The position numbers were made by a program, and so were the translations under genes. A stretch of DNA of 63,078 nt, filler included, from Guillardia theta CCMP2712 (Eukaryota; Protista; Cryptophyta), in assembly GCF_000315625.1 (NCBI RefSeq). It is 4 parts of 4 records of this genome, joined end to end, with 100 filler letters (N's around TTAATTAATTAA, not from the genome) between each part and the next. Parts side by side here need not be neighbours in the genome. Positions count along the whole stretch, not along the records: positions 36,614 to 53,004 come from NW_005434330.1; positions 53,105 to 63,078 come from NW_005434266.1; 2 more parts are not named here. One strand, given 5' to 3'. The notes under the pieces are model-generated. The model was not told the origin of the DNA. It searched no databases and worked only from the letters and a program-made list of their open reading frames with translations. How positions within the stretch are numbered: position 1 is the first letter of the stretch; each line of letters starts with the position of its first letter. Below are positions 51,205 through 63,078 of the stretch, in pieces.

Positions 51205-52808
51205 TCAGCCTCGCTCGAAGTCCTCGTCCTCTACCTTGTCAGGCAACTCGTCTGCGTTGAAACTCTCCTCCTCCTCCTCCTCCAGCTCCTCCTCATTTGC
51301 GTTGGCCGCGGCCCGGATGTCCTCGGGGTGGATCGTATCCGAAACTTGCAGCAGGGTCAGAGATCGACTAGGAGAGGAGGGAGAGGTACGTGACTGCGTC
51401 TCAAAGTCTCGCATGCCGTCAGTGGCATGGAGGAGGAGAAGATTTTCCGAGTCGTGGGAGGTGGAGCTTGCGATGTTTGTGATAGGGCTGAAGGGCCTCA
51501 AGAGCGCTGTATCTTGCGCCTCGCGGAACTGCAAGGGAAAGTGATGATGATGATGACGACGATGGTGGTGAAGAGGACGAGGAGGAGGAATGGAGGAGAA
51601 GGAAGAGGCGGTGGCGGTGGTGGTGGTGGGAGGAGATGAGAGGGAGGGGAGGAGGGAGGAGGGAGGGAGGGAGTTGATGACATAGTCACGTGAATTCCGT
51701 TGTCCATGTTGTTCTTGAAGGTGCATTTGGAAGCTTCAGCCTATGAGCCGCGTGAGGGAAGGGAAGGAGAGAAGAATGGAGTTTTGCACGTTAGCCTCCC
51801 CCTGGGCTTCTGTGTTGATGTTCACCCCATTCCTGAATCGACATGAGTGGTAGGAGGAGGAGAGGCAGGAAGGAGGAAGAGGAAGAGGAAGGAGGAGAAC
51901 GAAAGAGAGCAGCAGGAGCAGTAGGGGATCAGAGCGTACATAGGAAGAAGACAACGAGGAAGAGAAGGAGGAAGAGGTAAAGGAACAGGAGGAGGAGGAG
52001 GAGGAGGAAGAGGAGGAGGAGGAGGAGGAGGAGGAGGAGGAGGAGGAGGAGGAGGAGGAGGAGGTAGGTTGTGGAGGTGGAGGTGGAGGTGGAGGTGGTG
52101 GAGGTGGAGGAGAAGGAGAAGGAGGAGGAGGAAGAGTAGGAGATAAAGGACCAGAAGGAGGAGGAAGATGGGAGCGCAGTCTACCAGGGAGAGACGAAGA
52201 CTCGATTTCCACACACGTGTAGGCCGTTCTTGCGGTTAGCCTGGAGGATGGAATTGGAGAGGAACATAGTTCCGAGGAACAAGTTCGCTGCCCCGTTCTC
52301 CTGGTTCTTGATGAGATTGCAGCGCTGGACAGATCGTCATGGTTCTAGTTCCACTCCACAGCACTGTGTAGAAGGAGAGTTCGCTTACGTAAATTCGGGC
52401 AATGCTTCCTTTCCCCTGTACGTAGATGCCGTTCTCGCCGTTGTCGGAGACGAGAGTGTCTGGAAGAAAGGGAGTGAGGACTATGGGGAGGATGGGGAGA
52501 TGATGGGGATGAAGAGGGGAGGGAGGGAGGGAGGGAGGGAGTGGAGTGGAGGGAGGAGGGGAGGGGAGGGGAGCAGAGGAGTAAGAAGGAGAAGTGATGA
52601 AAATTTCGACCATTGACAGTTAAAGCGCCTCCTTCCATTACAGCGATTCCGTCGGAGCCACATAGTTGGACCTTGCATCGAGACATCTGGAGCAGGAGAA
52701 GTTTGAGATCGATCGAGGAGACTTTTACGCTGCGTCGTCGTTCTCACCTGGAGGACTGAATCTGTTCCTACAAGACACCCGATGCCCTTGCTGGACTCGA
52801 ATGTACAC
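51205..52808 (-). CDS. Right-handed parallel beta-helix repeat protein (3' part; 5' end lost at microsatellite/gap)
   Basis: Repeated N-G-I/L-x-V units: SDNGENGIYV, ANRKNGLHV, CTFKNNMDNGIHV, CGSDGIAV. Acidic C-terminus. Confidence 0.75.
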
Positions 52809-52881
52809 CTATTGGTTGAGAAAGTGAGCGAGTGAAGCTGATGGTGGTGATTGGGTTGGAATAGTTTTTGTAGTCTATGCT

Positions 52882-52993
<112 letters not shown>

Positions 52994-53048
52994 GAGATGA
53001 GAGANNNNNNNNNNNNNNNNNNNNNNNNNNNNNNNNNNNNNNNNNNNN

Positions 53049-53060
53049 TTAATTAATTAA
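53049..53060. other. Artificial linker TTAATTAATTAA
   Basis: Same linker as at 19143. Confidence 0.9.
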
Positions 53061-55675
53061 NNNNNNNNNNNNNNNNNNNNNNNNNNNNNNNNNNNNNNNN
53101 NNNNGGACCCCTTGGAGGATATGTTGGCAGTAGAGCTTCAAAGCTGCAGGATGACTAGAAAGGGGTGACAGGTGTTGCCGAATCCTCCACCCTTGGTCAT
53201 CGGTCCCCGCAAAGGAGCTGTAGCGCTTGATCGCCTGGATCAGGCTAGTGGTGTCGAGGATGTCAGTCAAATCCACCTGCAGCACTGCAAGCGCTTGCTG
53301 GGTGAGATGATCCGCGGAAGCACTTCCAAAGGCAGGCGACGCACCATCAGGGAACTTCTCTTGTGCTTCAGCAAGAAGATCAGCGAAAGATTCAGCCTTG
53401 TAGATGCCGGAGCTCAGTAGTGTCCGTACCGCCCGATGAAGGTCACCCGCAGTGAACTGATGAATCGCCAACTGTCGTTGGCGCTCGCTCGCAGAGGTGA
53501 GGGACAGCGTAGGTCGCGGCGGAGGAGCAGGCTCAGACTCCTGAGACGATTGGCCGGACTGCCGCTGCTCCCTCGGCCCGCGCGGTTGTGGTCGCTGCTG
53601 TTGCTGGTGTTGCTGCTGCTGCTGCTGCTGCTGCTGACGCTGGCGTTGCTGCTGCTGCTGCTGCTGCTGCGGTTGCTGCTGCTGCTGACGCGGGTGCTGC
53701 GGCTGCGCTGCGGCTGCTGCGGTTGCTGCTGGTGGCGGTGGTGTTGCGCTGCGCTGCGGCTGCGGCTGCGGCTGCAGCAGCTGCGATGTGGCTGCCGCCG
53801 CCGTTGCTGTTTCTGCCGTTGCCGCCGCCCTCCGAGGGCTGCTGGGGGCGGTTGCAGCTGCTCNNNNNNNNNNNNNNNNNNNNNNNNNNNNNNNNNNNNN
53901 NNNNNNNNNNNNNNNNNNNNNNNNNNNNNNNNNNNNNNNNNNNNNNNNNNNNNNNNNNNNNNNATGGCACACACAAAACACAAGCCCGAAAAGAACCAGC
54001 ACTGCTGGCACCCAGACGCGGCATCGCCAGCCCAAGCGCGAAGCCGCGCAGACAAGCAGCCTAAGGGTCAAGCAATCAAGCAACAAGCAGCAGGAGCATG
54101 CAGGAGGAAGAAAATCCCTTACACGCGATACCCGGAGGCAGCCGACTGACCACTGTCAGTCGAGACGTCCGCTCCCGCCACAAAGCGGGCGGCCGCGGAC
54201 GGAGAAAGGGCAGCCGCCGACAAGGAGCCGGCGTTGCCCGGGGGTCCGCCTGGGGCAGCGGACGGAGGGAGGCTGGACACATGAACACGATACCGCTCGA
54301 GGTAGTCCGCGTAAATCCTATCCCTTGTCCTCCTCGCTAGCCTCCGAGTCAGCGGTAGCCGAGTCAGCGGTAGCCGCCCGTGACGGCGGCGACGCCGCGG
54401 CAATGCCCAAGGACCGGCGTGACCCGACCGATGCCGGGGAGGAAGCAGGCGAGCTCGGACCAGCAGCAAGCACCCCACTCCACCCCACTCCGCTCCCGCC
54501 ACAAAGCGGGCGGCCGCGGACGGAGAAAGGGCAGCCGCCGACAAGGAGCTGCTTGTTGCTTGATTGCCTGACCCTTAGGCTGCTTGTCTGCGCGGCTTCG
54601 CGCTTGGGCTGGCGATGCCGCGTCTGGGTGCCAGCAGTGCTGGTTCTTTTCGGGCTTGTGTTTTGTGTGTGATTGTGCAGCTTCTCGCTGTGGACTGTGT
54701 GCCTGCCGGTTCAGCTTGTTCCTGCTTTGTTTTGCTTGAGGCATCGCATAGGATTTACTTGCAGAAGTACTTTTTACCTTCTGCCAGTAAATCCTATGCG
54801 ATGAGGAGCCGGCGTTGCCCGGGGGTCCGCCTGGGGCAGCGGACGGAGGGAGGCTGGACACATGAACACGGTACCGCTCGAGGTAGTCCTCCTCGCTAGC
54901 CTCCGAGTCAGCGGTAGCCGAGTCAGTGGTAGCCGCCCGTGACGGCGGCGACGCCGCCGCGGGCAATGCCCAAGGACCGGCGTGACCCGACCGATGCCGG
55001 GGAGGAAGCAGGCGAGCTCGGACCAGCAGCAAGCACCCCAGTGGTGTCGAGCTCTCCGGAGGCACCCGACGTCACAGTGAGGGACGGAGACGCCTCCGAG
55101 TCGCCAGCTCCGCGCCCATCGTCGGGGCCACTCGAAGGGTTTCCCCCATCGGAGTCGGAGACCTCCGGCGAAGACTCCTCGGGCGACTCGACAAAGTCCG
55201 AGGAGGAGCTGTCCTCTGGCTCGAGGAGTGCTTTCGCCCGCAAGGGCGTCATGCGCCTCGCACCAGACAAGAGCGCTTCCAGCGTCAGCTGCATGGTGAG
55301 GCGCTGATAGGTGGCGGCGCATTTGCGAGCCAAGACCTCAGCAGCAGGTCCGTCATCAGGCACGAAGTGCCGACCAAACGCCGCATCCTCAAGAGGCATC
55401 GAGCGCTGAGCAATGATGTCCGCAAGATACCAGATGAAGCGGAGGGTGTCAGGATGCAGGGTACCGTCCGTCGAGATGGCAAGAGGGATGAACGCTCGAG
55501 GAGGAGTAGTCATAGCATATGCAGCGCGATGTTTGCGAATCTTCTCAGACGCTGCAACATGGAGGGCGTCGAGGTTGACCTCCCCCCACTTGGTCAGGTC
55601 GGCAGAGCTACCAATGAAAGGGCGCAGCCGCCGCAGCCGCAGCCGCAGCCGCAGCCGCAGCCGCAACACCCGCGT

Positions 55676-55707
<32 letters not shown>

Positions 55708-55728
55708 GCAGCAGCAACGCCAGCGTCA

Positions 55729-55763
<35 letters not shown>

Positions 55764-57155
55764 AGCAAGGAACACAACCGCGCGGGCCGAGGGAGCAGCG
55801 GCAGTCCGGCCAATCGTCTCNNNNNNNNNNNNNNNNNNNNNNNNNNNNNNNNNNNNNNNNNNNNNNNNNNNNNNNNNNNNNNNNNNNNNNNNNNNNNNNN
55901 NNNNNNNNNNNNNNNNNNNNNNNNNNNNNNNNNNNNNNNNNNNNNNNNNNNNNNNNNNNNNNNNNNNNNNNNNNNNNNNNNNNNNNNNNNNNNNNNNNNN
56001 NNNNNNNNNNNNNNNNNNNNNNNNNNNNNNNNNNNNNNNNNNNNNNNNNNNNNNNNNNNNNNNNNNNNNNNNNNNNNNNNNNNNNNNNNNNNNNNNNNNN
56101 NNNNNNNNNNNNNNNNNNNNNNNNNNNNNNNNNNNNNNNNNNNNNNNNNNNNNNNNNNNNNNNNNNNNNNTTTTTTTCATCAGGTCCCGTCATCAAGCCC
56201 GAAGGGAGGGGAGCCGGGCCCCATGAACCCCGGTCCCGCTCGACAGGCGTCATAGGATTACTGGCCAGAAAGCCTCGAGGTAGTCCTCCTCGCTAGCCTC
56301 CGAGTCAGCGGTAGCCGAGTCAGTGGTAGCCGCCCGTGACGGCGGCGACGCCGCGGCAATGCCCCAAGGACCGGCGTGACCCGACCGATGCCGGGGAGGA
56401 AGCAGGCGAGCTCGGACCAGCAGCAAGCACCCCAGTGGTGTCGAGCTCTCCGGATGACATAGGATTTACTGGCAGAAGGTAAAAAGTGCCTCAAGCAAAA
56501 CAAAGCAGGAACAAGCTGAACCGGCAGGCACACAGTCCACAGCGAGAAGCTGCACAATCACACACAAAACACAAGCCCGAAAAGAACCAGCACTGCTGGC
56601 ACCCAGACGCGGCAGCGCCAGCCCAAGCGCGAAGCCGCGCAGACAAGCAGCCTAAGGGTCAAGCAATCAAGCAACAAACAGCAGGAGCATGCAGGAGGAA
56701 CTTCGAATAAAATCCCTTAGACGCGATACCCGGAGGCAGCCGACTGACCACTGTCAGTCGAGACGTCCGCTCAGTGCCGCCACAAAGCGGGCGGCCGCGG
56801 ACGGAGAAAGGGCAGCCGCCGACAAGGAGCCGGCGCTGCCCGGGTGCCCGCCTGGGGCAGCGGACGGAGGGAGGCTGGACACATGAACACGGTACCGCTC
56901 GAGGTAGTCCTCCTCGCTAGCCTCCGAGTCAGCGGTAGCCGAGTCAGTGGTAGCCGCCCGTGACGGCGGCGACGCCGCGGCAATGCCCAAGGACCGGCGT
57001 GACCCGACCGATGCCGGGGAGGAAGCAGGCGAGCTCGGACCAGCAGCAAGCACCCCAGTGGTGTCGAGCTCTCCGGAGGCACCCGACGTCACAGTGAGGG
57101 ACGGAGACGCCTCGCCAGCTCCGCGCCGATCGTCGGGGCCACTGGAAGGGTGTCC

Positions 57156-59397
57156 CCAAGGGTGGAGGATTCGGCAACACCTGTCACCCCTTTCTAGTCA
57201 TCCTGCAGCTTTGAAGCTCTACTGCCAACATATCCTCCAAGGGGTCCTTCTTGGCCGGATGCCGGATCTTCTTATTCCTGCCCTGTCAGCCATTCGTCGA
57301 GGAGGCAGATTTATTCCCCTCTCCAAGGGAGCTGATAAACCTGGTCTCCGGCCAATTGTCATCGGTTCAAGGCTGCACACCGTCGACTCGCGACGAAGCT
57401 TGCTTTGGCAGGGATTCGCTCATTTCTTGACCAGCACTTCCTCTCGTCTCACCCTCGAGCGATTCAGTTCGGACTCGATCGAGACGGCTGTCTGAAGTTC
57501 TCGCAAACCGCGTCAGCGCTCCTGCCCCTTCACGCTCGCGGTGATGATGAGGATGTTGCCAACCCCACAGTGCTGGTGAGCTTGGATGCAAAGAACGCCT
57601 TCAACTCCCTCGACCGCCAGGCTCTCTTCGATGCAATCGAGGGACGTGCGAGTCGCGACTACTTTGATGGGAGCATCACTGAAGGCGCAAGCTTGCCCTC
57701 TTGCGAGCATCTCCGTTTGTTCGCCTCCTACCTCTCCAGCTACTATGGAGACTCTGCTGACCTTCGACTCTTTCACAAAAGTCAGTCAGCCTCCGTTCAG
57801 TGTACCTCGGGCGTCTGTCAGGGCGATGTCCCCTCCAGCGTGTTTTTCTGCCACAGTATCCACCCCCTGCTCCTCCATATCGCAGAGCTTTTTCCCTCTG
57901 TTCGAGTCTTGGCCTATGCTGACAACGTCGTACTTGTCGGTCCACTCGAGGATGCCGTTGCAGCTACGTCCGCTATGAAGAAGTACATGGTGGCTGATCT
58001 GAAGCTAGAGATTCAACCTCGCGAGTCGAAAGTTTACATCCCCTCCTGGCATCAACACCCTGATCTCTCGCAGCTGAAGAAGAGCCTTAAGCGCCGTCTC
58101 AAGACTCAACTTCTTCACTTCGAGGTCGTCACTGGCGGGATTACACTTGGCGGCCTGCCTATCGGCACGGATGGATTTCATGCTAGTCAGCTCCGAGCGA
58201 AGGTCTCTACCCTCAACGACGAGCTCTCGAAGCTCGGGCTCGTCCAGCATGGCTTCATGTTCAAGACGCTGGTGAGGGCGAGCCATCTCCAGAAGCTGCG
58301 CTTCTTCCTCCAGGGGTCATCTCCGTTTCTCCCGCGGGTCCAATCACAGATTCGTCGCTTTGACCTCTCTGTCCACCTGGCGCTTGAGAAATACCACCGC
58401 TGGCCTTCCTCGCAGTACCTCGCCGCGCATCCCGACCTGCTAGACTGTTTACGAGGTTCAAGCGGGAGCTTCCGCATAGTCGGGGAGGGGACGAGTTCAC
58501 GCCCTCTGAGGGTCTACACCCTGCTGTTTACTATACGGCTATCGCTCGCTTCCTCGCTTGGTACTCTGACCAGCCCATGTCCCGGACCCTGCCCTCTCCT
58601 CATAGCCTGGACGTTCACTGCTCGAGATCTCTCCGTGCCCAGAAGCATCCTCTGGCGACCTTCTTCGTTGAGGCGCACGACTTCGTTCATAATGCTGGAG
58701 CGATCCTCTACCGTCGTGTGAAGGCTCCTGCACCGGCTGCAGATGGCGCGGCGATCCCACCTGCCCCGGCTGCTGTGCCTGATGACGCAGGACGCCCCCC
58801 GGCATCTGTGGTACACATCCCTGGTTTGCGCGCTCTCGTCGACTCGTCTCATGAGCACTTCATTCCGCCGCCTGCGCAGCGAAATGTGACCCCTCTTGTC
58901 ATGCGCGTCTTCCCTCGCCATGTGCATGCTCGCGCTGCGCTGACCGATCAGCAGCGTGATATCCTCACCTTGCACAGCCGCAGGACACACTCGCTCAAGT
59001 CGCAGGATAGGGTCTTGCAGTCTACCATCTTCGCTCATTTTCCTGAGCGAGACCTGAGCCACTCTCCGATGCGAGTCTCGAGCTACTACCCCCTCAAGGC
59101 CTTCCCGCACCGCTATGCTCAGATGCTCGACTGCTATCTCCATGGCATGCCGATCTGCCAGTGTCCGACGGAATGTGATGGATGTCAGCGCGAGCTCGAT
59201 CCCTCCGTTGCTGCACATCATCTCCAGACCTGCAAACGCCGATCCTCCAAGCTTCCAACGGCGCATGACAACCTTACTCGTACGATTCGGTCGATGCTGA
59301 ACGAAGCTGGTCTTCAGAGCGTCATCGATACAGTGGGGGATCCTCGTTCTCGACGGCAGGTACCCTCCCATCCTCAGCATGGCCGCAAGATGAAGGG
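57156..59397 (+). pseudogene. Frameshifted reverse transcriptase-thumb-CCHC region of the CRE-like element
   Basis: GLRPIVIG, QFG, LVSLDAKNAFNSLDR, SGVCQGDVPSS, LAYADN, LGGLPIG. 2-bp insertions at about 57378 and 58448. Continues at 61473 after the LTR insert. Confidence 0.88.
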
Positions 59398-59624
59398 TGT
59401 TAGGGATTGACAATCCTGATGATGTGCTTTGACTCTGTGAACTTGAACCAACTTGATAACTTGCGTTAACAAGCAAACAGGAACCTCAACACAACCGCGC
59501 TCACTGAACGTATAGAAAGTTCGGATCCATTTTATTCGACCAAAACCTACCAAACCGACCAAACCGACCGGATAAGACAGCTAGTTGACTGAAGTATTCG
59601 TAACCGCTTACGTAACCCCTAACA
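59398..59624 (-). repeat. 3' LTR
   Basis: Identical to 61246-61472. AATAAA present on the - strand. Confidence 0.93.
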
Positions 59625-59758
59625 TACGCTCCCAAGCGCATTATCATCTGAGAAACATCTCTATGAACTTCGCTGATCATTAAGATACTGCATAACAAGA
59701 AAACGGCAGCCAACTCAAGTCATTTCAATTGAGTAGCGCGAAGTGCATTGGGCCAATG

Positions 59759-61147
59759 TTATTCACGTAAGTCCTCCTCATCCTGAGTAGAAGATGAATG
59801 CTGAGAATCTTCGTCGGTATCCTCCGCTGACTCGTCATCGTACGAAACCTCATGATGCGTTGACCTGTCATTCCTATACGCATCGGTTGTCAAATCCATG
59901 GACTTAGCTTCTCGATACAATGCTGGCAACAAACTCCCAATACTCAAAGTCTTGTTCACATTTTGCTTTTCCAAGTCAATTAACAACTTCATGACGAAAC
60001 TCGCGGTCACCTCATTGAACAAATTCTGTGCGAAATACCGTTCAAGACCAAACCTCGTGCAAGCTGTCTCGACTTGTCCTTGTCCATGAAATAACACCAT
60101 GCAACAAGCAATAAAATGATTTGCTAAAGCTGAAAACCTGTTGACAAAATCCGAAGTCTTTTCCTCTGACCCTTGTATCGTACGTTGAATCTCACCCAGA
60201 ATATACTGCAAGTGCGACAACGACAAATATTCCTTCACCAGCAACGATTTGAATGATTCCCAAGTACCTTGTGTGGAAATTAATCTATCCTCGCCACGCA
60301 ATGTTTGCAACCAATTCCTCACACGATTACCAACTAATGTTGCAGCAATGTCAACCTTTTGACCTGGAGGGATTCTTTGACGCTGGAATTGAAACTCAAG
60401 CTCCCCAAACCAACTTGCAACGGAATATTCTAGAGTCATTTCTCCATTAAATCGAGAAATATCCTTGGAATGAAACTTCACAAGGGAAGACTGCTGCTTG
60501 ACATGTTGACTTGACATGTCGTTCGACATGCTCGTATTATTTTGCTTGCATGTTGCATCAGCCCCTCTTGGTTCCTTGATCGGAAGGTATTGAACTGCTC
60601 CTGATTCATTTAATCTGAACCGTTGCATCATTTCCTCGAACATTTTTTTATTTTCTTCCCTAAGGACAGAGATTTCCTGTTTTGTCTCGACGAGCTCGCT
60701 TTCCTTACGAAACATCACTTCCTTGACGAAAGCTTCATACTTTACTTGCATGTCCATTGCAAGTTGCAATTCTTCTCGCAACTTCTTGTTTGCAGCGACC
60801 AATTCTTCAAACTGCACTGATTCGAACCTCGGCCGGGTCGAACCTGCCGGAGACGCAATCCTGGAAATTTCCAAGTCCACTGCGCCCTCCCTGTCGCGCA
60901 CTTGTTGCGTGACCGATCCGTCATAAGAAGGTATATTAATCCTCGAAAATCCCGCGACGTCTCGCCGATTTCCGTTCGGATCCTCTTCTGAGGTAGAAGG
61001 TACCGTCGTAACTTCCCTCATCGTCTTGTCTTCAGGCGTTTCCTCATCGAAACTCCTTCTGAAGTTGTCAAGCATGACTGCCAAGCCTGAACTTCCAAGA
61101 GGACCATCTCCAGGAGACCTTCTTATCCTTTCTACATCCGATTGCAT
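59759..61147 (-). CDS. Gag-like protein (coiled coil + retrotransposon capsid-like region + acidic tail), 462 aa
   Basis: Intact intronless ORF between the LTRs. FNG..VASWF..LE..F, LVGNRVRNWL, TWESFKSLL and IQGSEEKTSDFVNRF (MHR-like) fit the Ty3/gypsy Gag pattern. Confidence 0.8.
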   Translation of the reverse strand: MQSDVERIRRSPGDGPLGSSGLAVMLDNFRRSFDEETPEDKTMREVTTVPSTSEEDPNGNRRDVAGFSRINIPSYDGSVTQQVRDREGAVDLEISRIASPAGSTRPRFESVQFEELVAANKKLREELQLAMDMQVKYEAFVKEVMFRKESELVETKQEISVLREENKKMFEEMMQRFRLNESGAVQYLPIKEPRGADATCKQNNTSMSNDMSSQHVKQQSSLVKFHSKDISRFNGEMTLEYSVASWFGELEFQFQRQRIPPGQKVDIAATLVGNRVRNWLQTLRGEDRLISTQGTWESFKSLLVKEYLSLSHLQYILGEIQRTIQGSEEKTSDFVNRFSALANHFIACCMVLFHGQGQVETACTRFGLERYFAQNLFNEVTASFVMKLLIDLEKQNVNKTLSIGSLLPALYREAKSMDLTTDAYRNDRSTHHEVSYDDESAEDTDEDSQHSSSTQDEEDLRE

Positions 61148-61245
61148 ATCCAGAGGTTACCTTTCAAGCTCCTTTTCGATCAAATCAAATCAAATTGTCG
61201 CAATCCGCAATTACTTCAAACAAAAACCAAACCTTACGCTACCAA

Positions 61246-61472
61246 TGTTAGGGATTGACAATCCTGATGATGTGCTTTGACTCTGTGAACTTGAACCAAC
61301 TTGATAACTTGCGTTAACAAGCAAACAGGAACCTCAACACAACCGCGCTCACTGAACGTATAGAAAGTTCGGATCCATTTTATTCGACCAAAACCTACCA
61401 AACCGACCAAACCGACCGGATAAGACAGCTAGTTGACTGAAGTATTCGTAACCGCTTACGTAACCCCTAACA
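61246..61472 (-). repeat. 5' LTR
   Basis: Followed on - by tggtagcg (resembles the initiator-tRNA PBS TGGTAGCGCC of Ty1/Ty3). Confidence 0.93.
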
Positions 61473-63078
61473 AAGGGCGATATCCACATCCCTGGAATCC
61501 GCGATCGAGGGTCCGAGCAGTGCGGCTGCGGCTGCGGCTGCGGCGGCTGCGCCCTTTCATTGGTAGCTCTGCCGACCTGACCAAGTGGGGGGAGGTCAAC
61601 CTCGACGCCCTCCATGTTGCAGCGTCTGAGAAGATTCGCAAACATCGCGCTGCATATGCTATGACTACTCCTCCTCGAGCGTTCATCCCTCTTGCCATCT
61701 CGACGGANNNNNNNNNNNNNNNNNNNNNNNNNNNNNNNNNNNNNNNNNNNNNNNNNNNNNNNNNNNNNNNNNNNNNNNNNNNNNNNNNNNNNNNNNNNNN
61801 NNNNNNNNNNNNNNNNNNNNNNNNNNNNNNNNNNNNNNNNNNNNNNNNNNNNNNNNNNNNNNNNNNNNNNNNNNNNNNNNNNNNNNTGACGCTGCCATGC
61901 AGCTGACGCTGGAAGCGCTCTGTCTGGTGCGAGGCGCATGACGCCCTTGCGGGCGCAAGCACTTCTCGAGCCAGAGGACAGACTTTGTCGAGTCGCCCGA
62001 GGAGTCTTCGCCGGAGGTCTCCGACTCCGATGGGGGACACCCTTCGAGTGGCCCCGACGATGGGCGCGGAGCTGGCGACTCGGAGGCGTCTCCGTCCCTC
62101 ACTGTGACGTCGGGTGCCTCCGGAGAGCTCGACACCACTGGGGTGCTTGCTGCTGGTCCGAGCTCGCCTGCTTCCTCCCCGGCATCGGTCGGGTCACGCC
62201 GGTCCTTGGGCATTGCCGCGGCGTCGCCGCCGTCACGGGCGGCTACCACTGACTCGGCTACCGCTGACTCGGAGGCTAGCGAGGAGGACTACCTCGAGCG
62301 GTACCGTGTTCATGTGTCCAGCCTCCCTCCGTCCGCTGCCCCAGGCGGACCCCCGGGCAACGCCGGCTCCTTGTCGGCGGCTGCCCTTTCTCCGTCCGCG
62401 GCCGCCCGCTTTGTGGCGGCAGCGGACGTCTCGACTGACAGTGGTCAGTCGGCTGCCTCCGGGTATCGCGTGTAAGGGATTTTCTTCCTCCTGCATGCTC
62501 CTGCTGCTTGTTGCTTGATTGCTTGACCCTTAGGCTGCTTGTCTGCGCGGCTTCACGCTTGGGCTGGCGATGCCGCGTCTGGGTGCCAGCAGTGCTGGTT
62601 CTTTTCGGGCTTGTGTTTTGTGTGTGATTGTGCAGCTTCTCGCTGTGCGCTGTGTGCCAGGAGGTTTAGCTTGATCCTGCTTTGTTTTGCTTGAGGCACT
62701 TTTTACCTTCTGCCAGTAAATCCTATGACTTACTGGCAGAAGGTAGGNNNNNNNNNNNNNNNNNNNNNNNNNNNNNNNNNNNNNNNNNNNNNNNNNNNNN
62801 NNNNNNNNNNNNNNNNNNNNNNNNNNNNNNNNNNNNNNNNNNNNNNNNNNNNNNNNNNNNNNNNACCCAGACGCGGCAGCGCCAGCCCAAGCGCGAAGCC
62901 GCGCAGACCGTACCGACAAGCAGCCTAAGGGTCAAGCAATCAAGCAACAAGCAGTAGGAGCATGCAGGAGGAATAAAATCCCTTAGACGCCAGTAAATCC
63001 TGTAGGCAAGACGCGATACCCGGAGGCAGCCGACTGACCACTGTCAGTCGAGACGTCCGCTGCCGCCACAAAGCGGGC

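Larger units (their letters stand above)
59398..61472 (-). mobile_element. Non-autonomous Gag-only LTR retrotransposon (2075 bp), TSD AAGGG
   Basis: Identical 227-bp TG...CA LTRs with TGTTAGGG/CCCTAACA termini. AAGGG duplicated at 59393-59397 and 61473-61477. PBS-like TGGTAGCG on - at 61237-61244. Confidence 0.92.
53105..63078. mobile_element. Nest 2 of the same CRE-like non-LTR retrotransposon (fragments in both orientations)
   Basis: N-terminal Q-rich/pre-RT part on - (53105-53863), many 3' fragments, and an RT-containing copy on + from about 57156. Confidence 0.9.

Noticed and set aside
59402-59530. Hammerhead ribozyme (retrozyme) in the LTR, suggested by CTGATGA
   Set aside because: No convincing stem II/GAAA/stem III arrangement, and it is on the strand opposite the Gag ORF.

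Overview
Eukaryotic, intron-rich nuclear DNA. The short GT-AG introns, (GAG)/(CCT) tracts and a type III metacaspase suggest a cryptophyte-like alga (inference). Three artificial TTAATTAATTAA linkers inside N-runs mean adjacency across them is unreliable. Host genes: a UPL3/TRIP12-type HECT E3 ligase, hexokinase (partial), an RWP-RK factor, condensin CAP-H, an Ada3-like protein, an LCIB-like Cys/His/Cys protein, a type III metacaspase, a beta-helix protein and several hypotheticals. The standout feature is two dense nests (about 9.5-17.5 kb and 53.1-63.1 kb) of one CRE-like non-LTR retrotransposon (RT, CCHC finger, restriction-like endonuclease; no poly(A) tail). Its exact 3' terminus (...GCCAGTAAATCCTAT) is repeatedly inserted into its own copies as pieces of about 12-250 bp. 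Most are flanked by short direct duplications and lie antisense to the host copy, and many micro-insertion scars accompany them. A young Gag-only LTR element (identical 227-bp LTRs, AAGGG TSD) sits in the endonuclease catalytic motif of one copy, and a perfect 309-bp-arm palindrome flanks the first nest. Gene boundaries were read by eye and are approximate.
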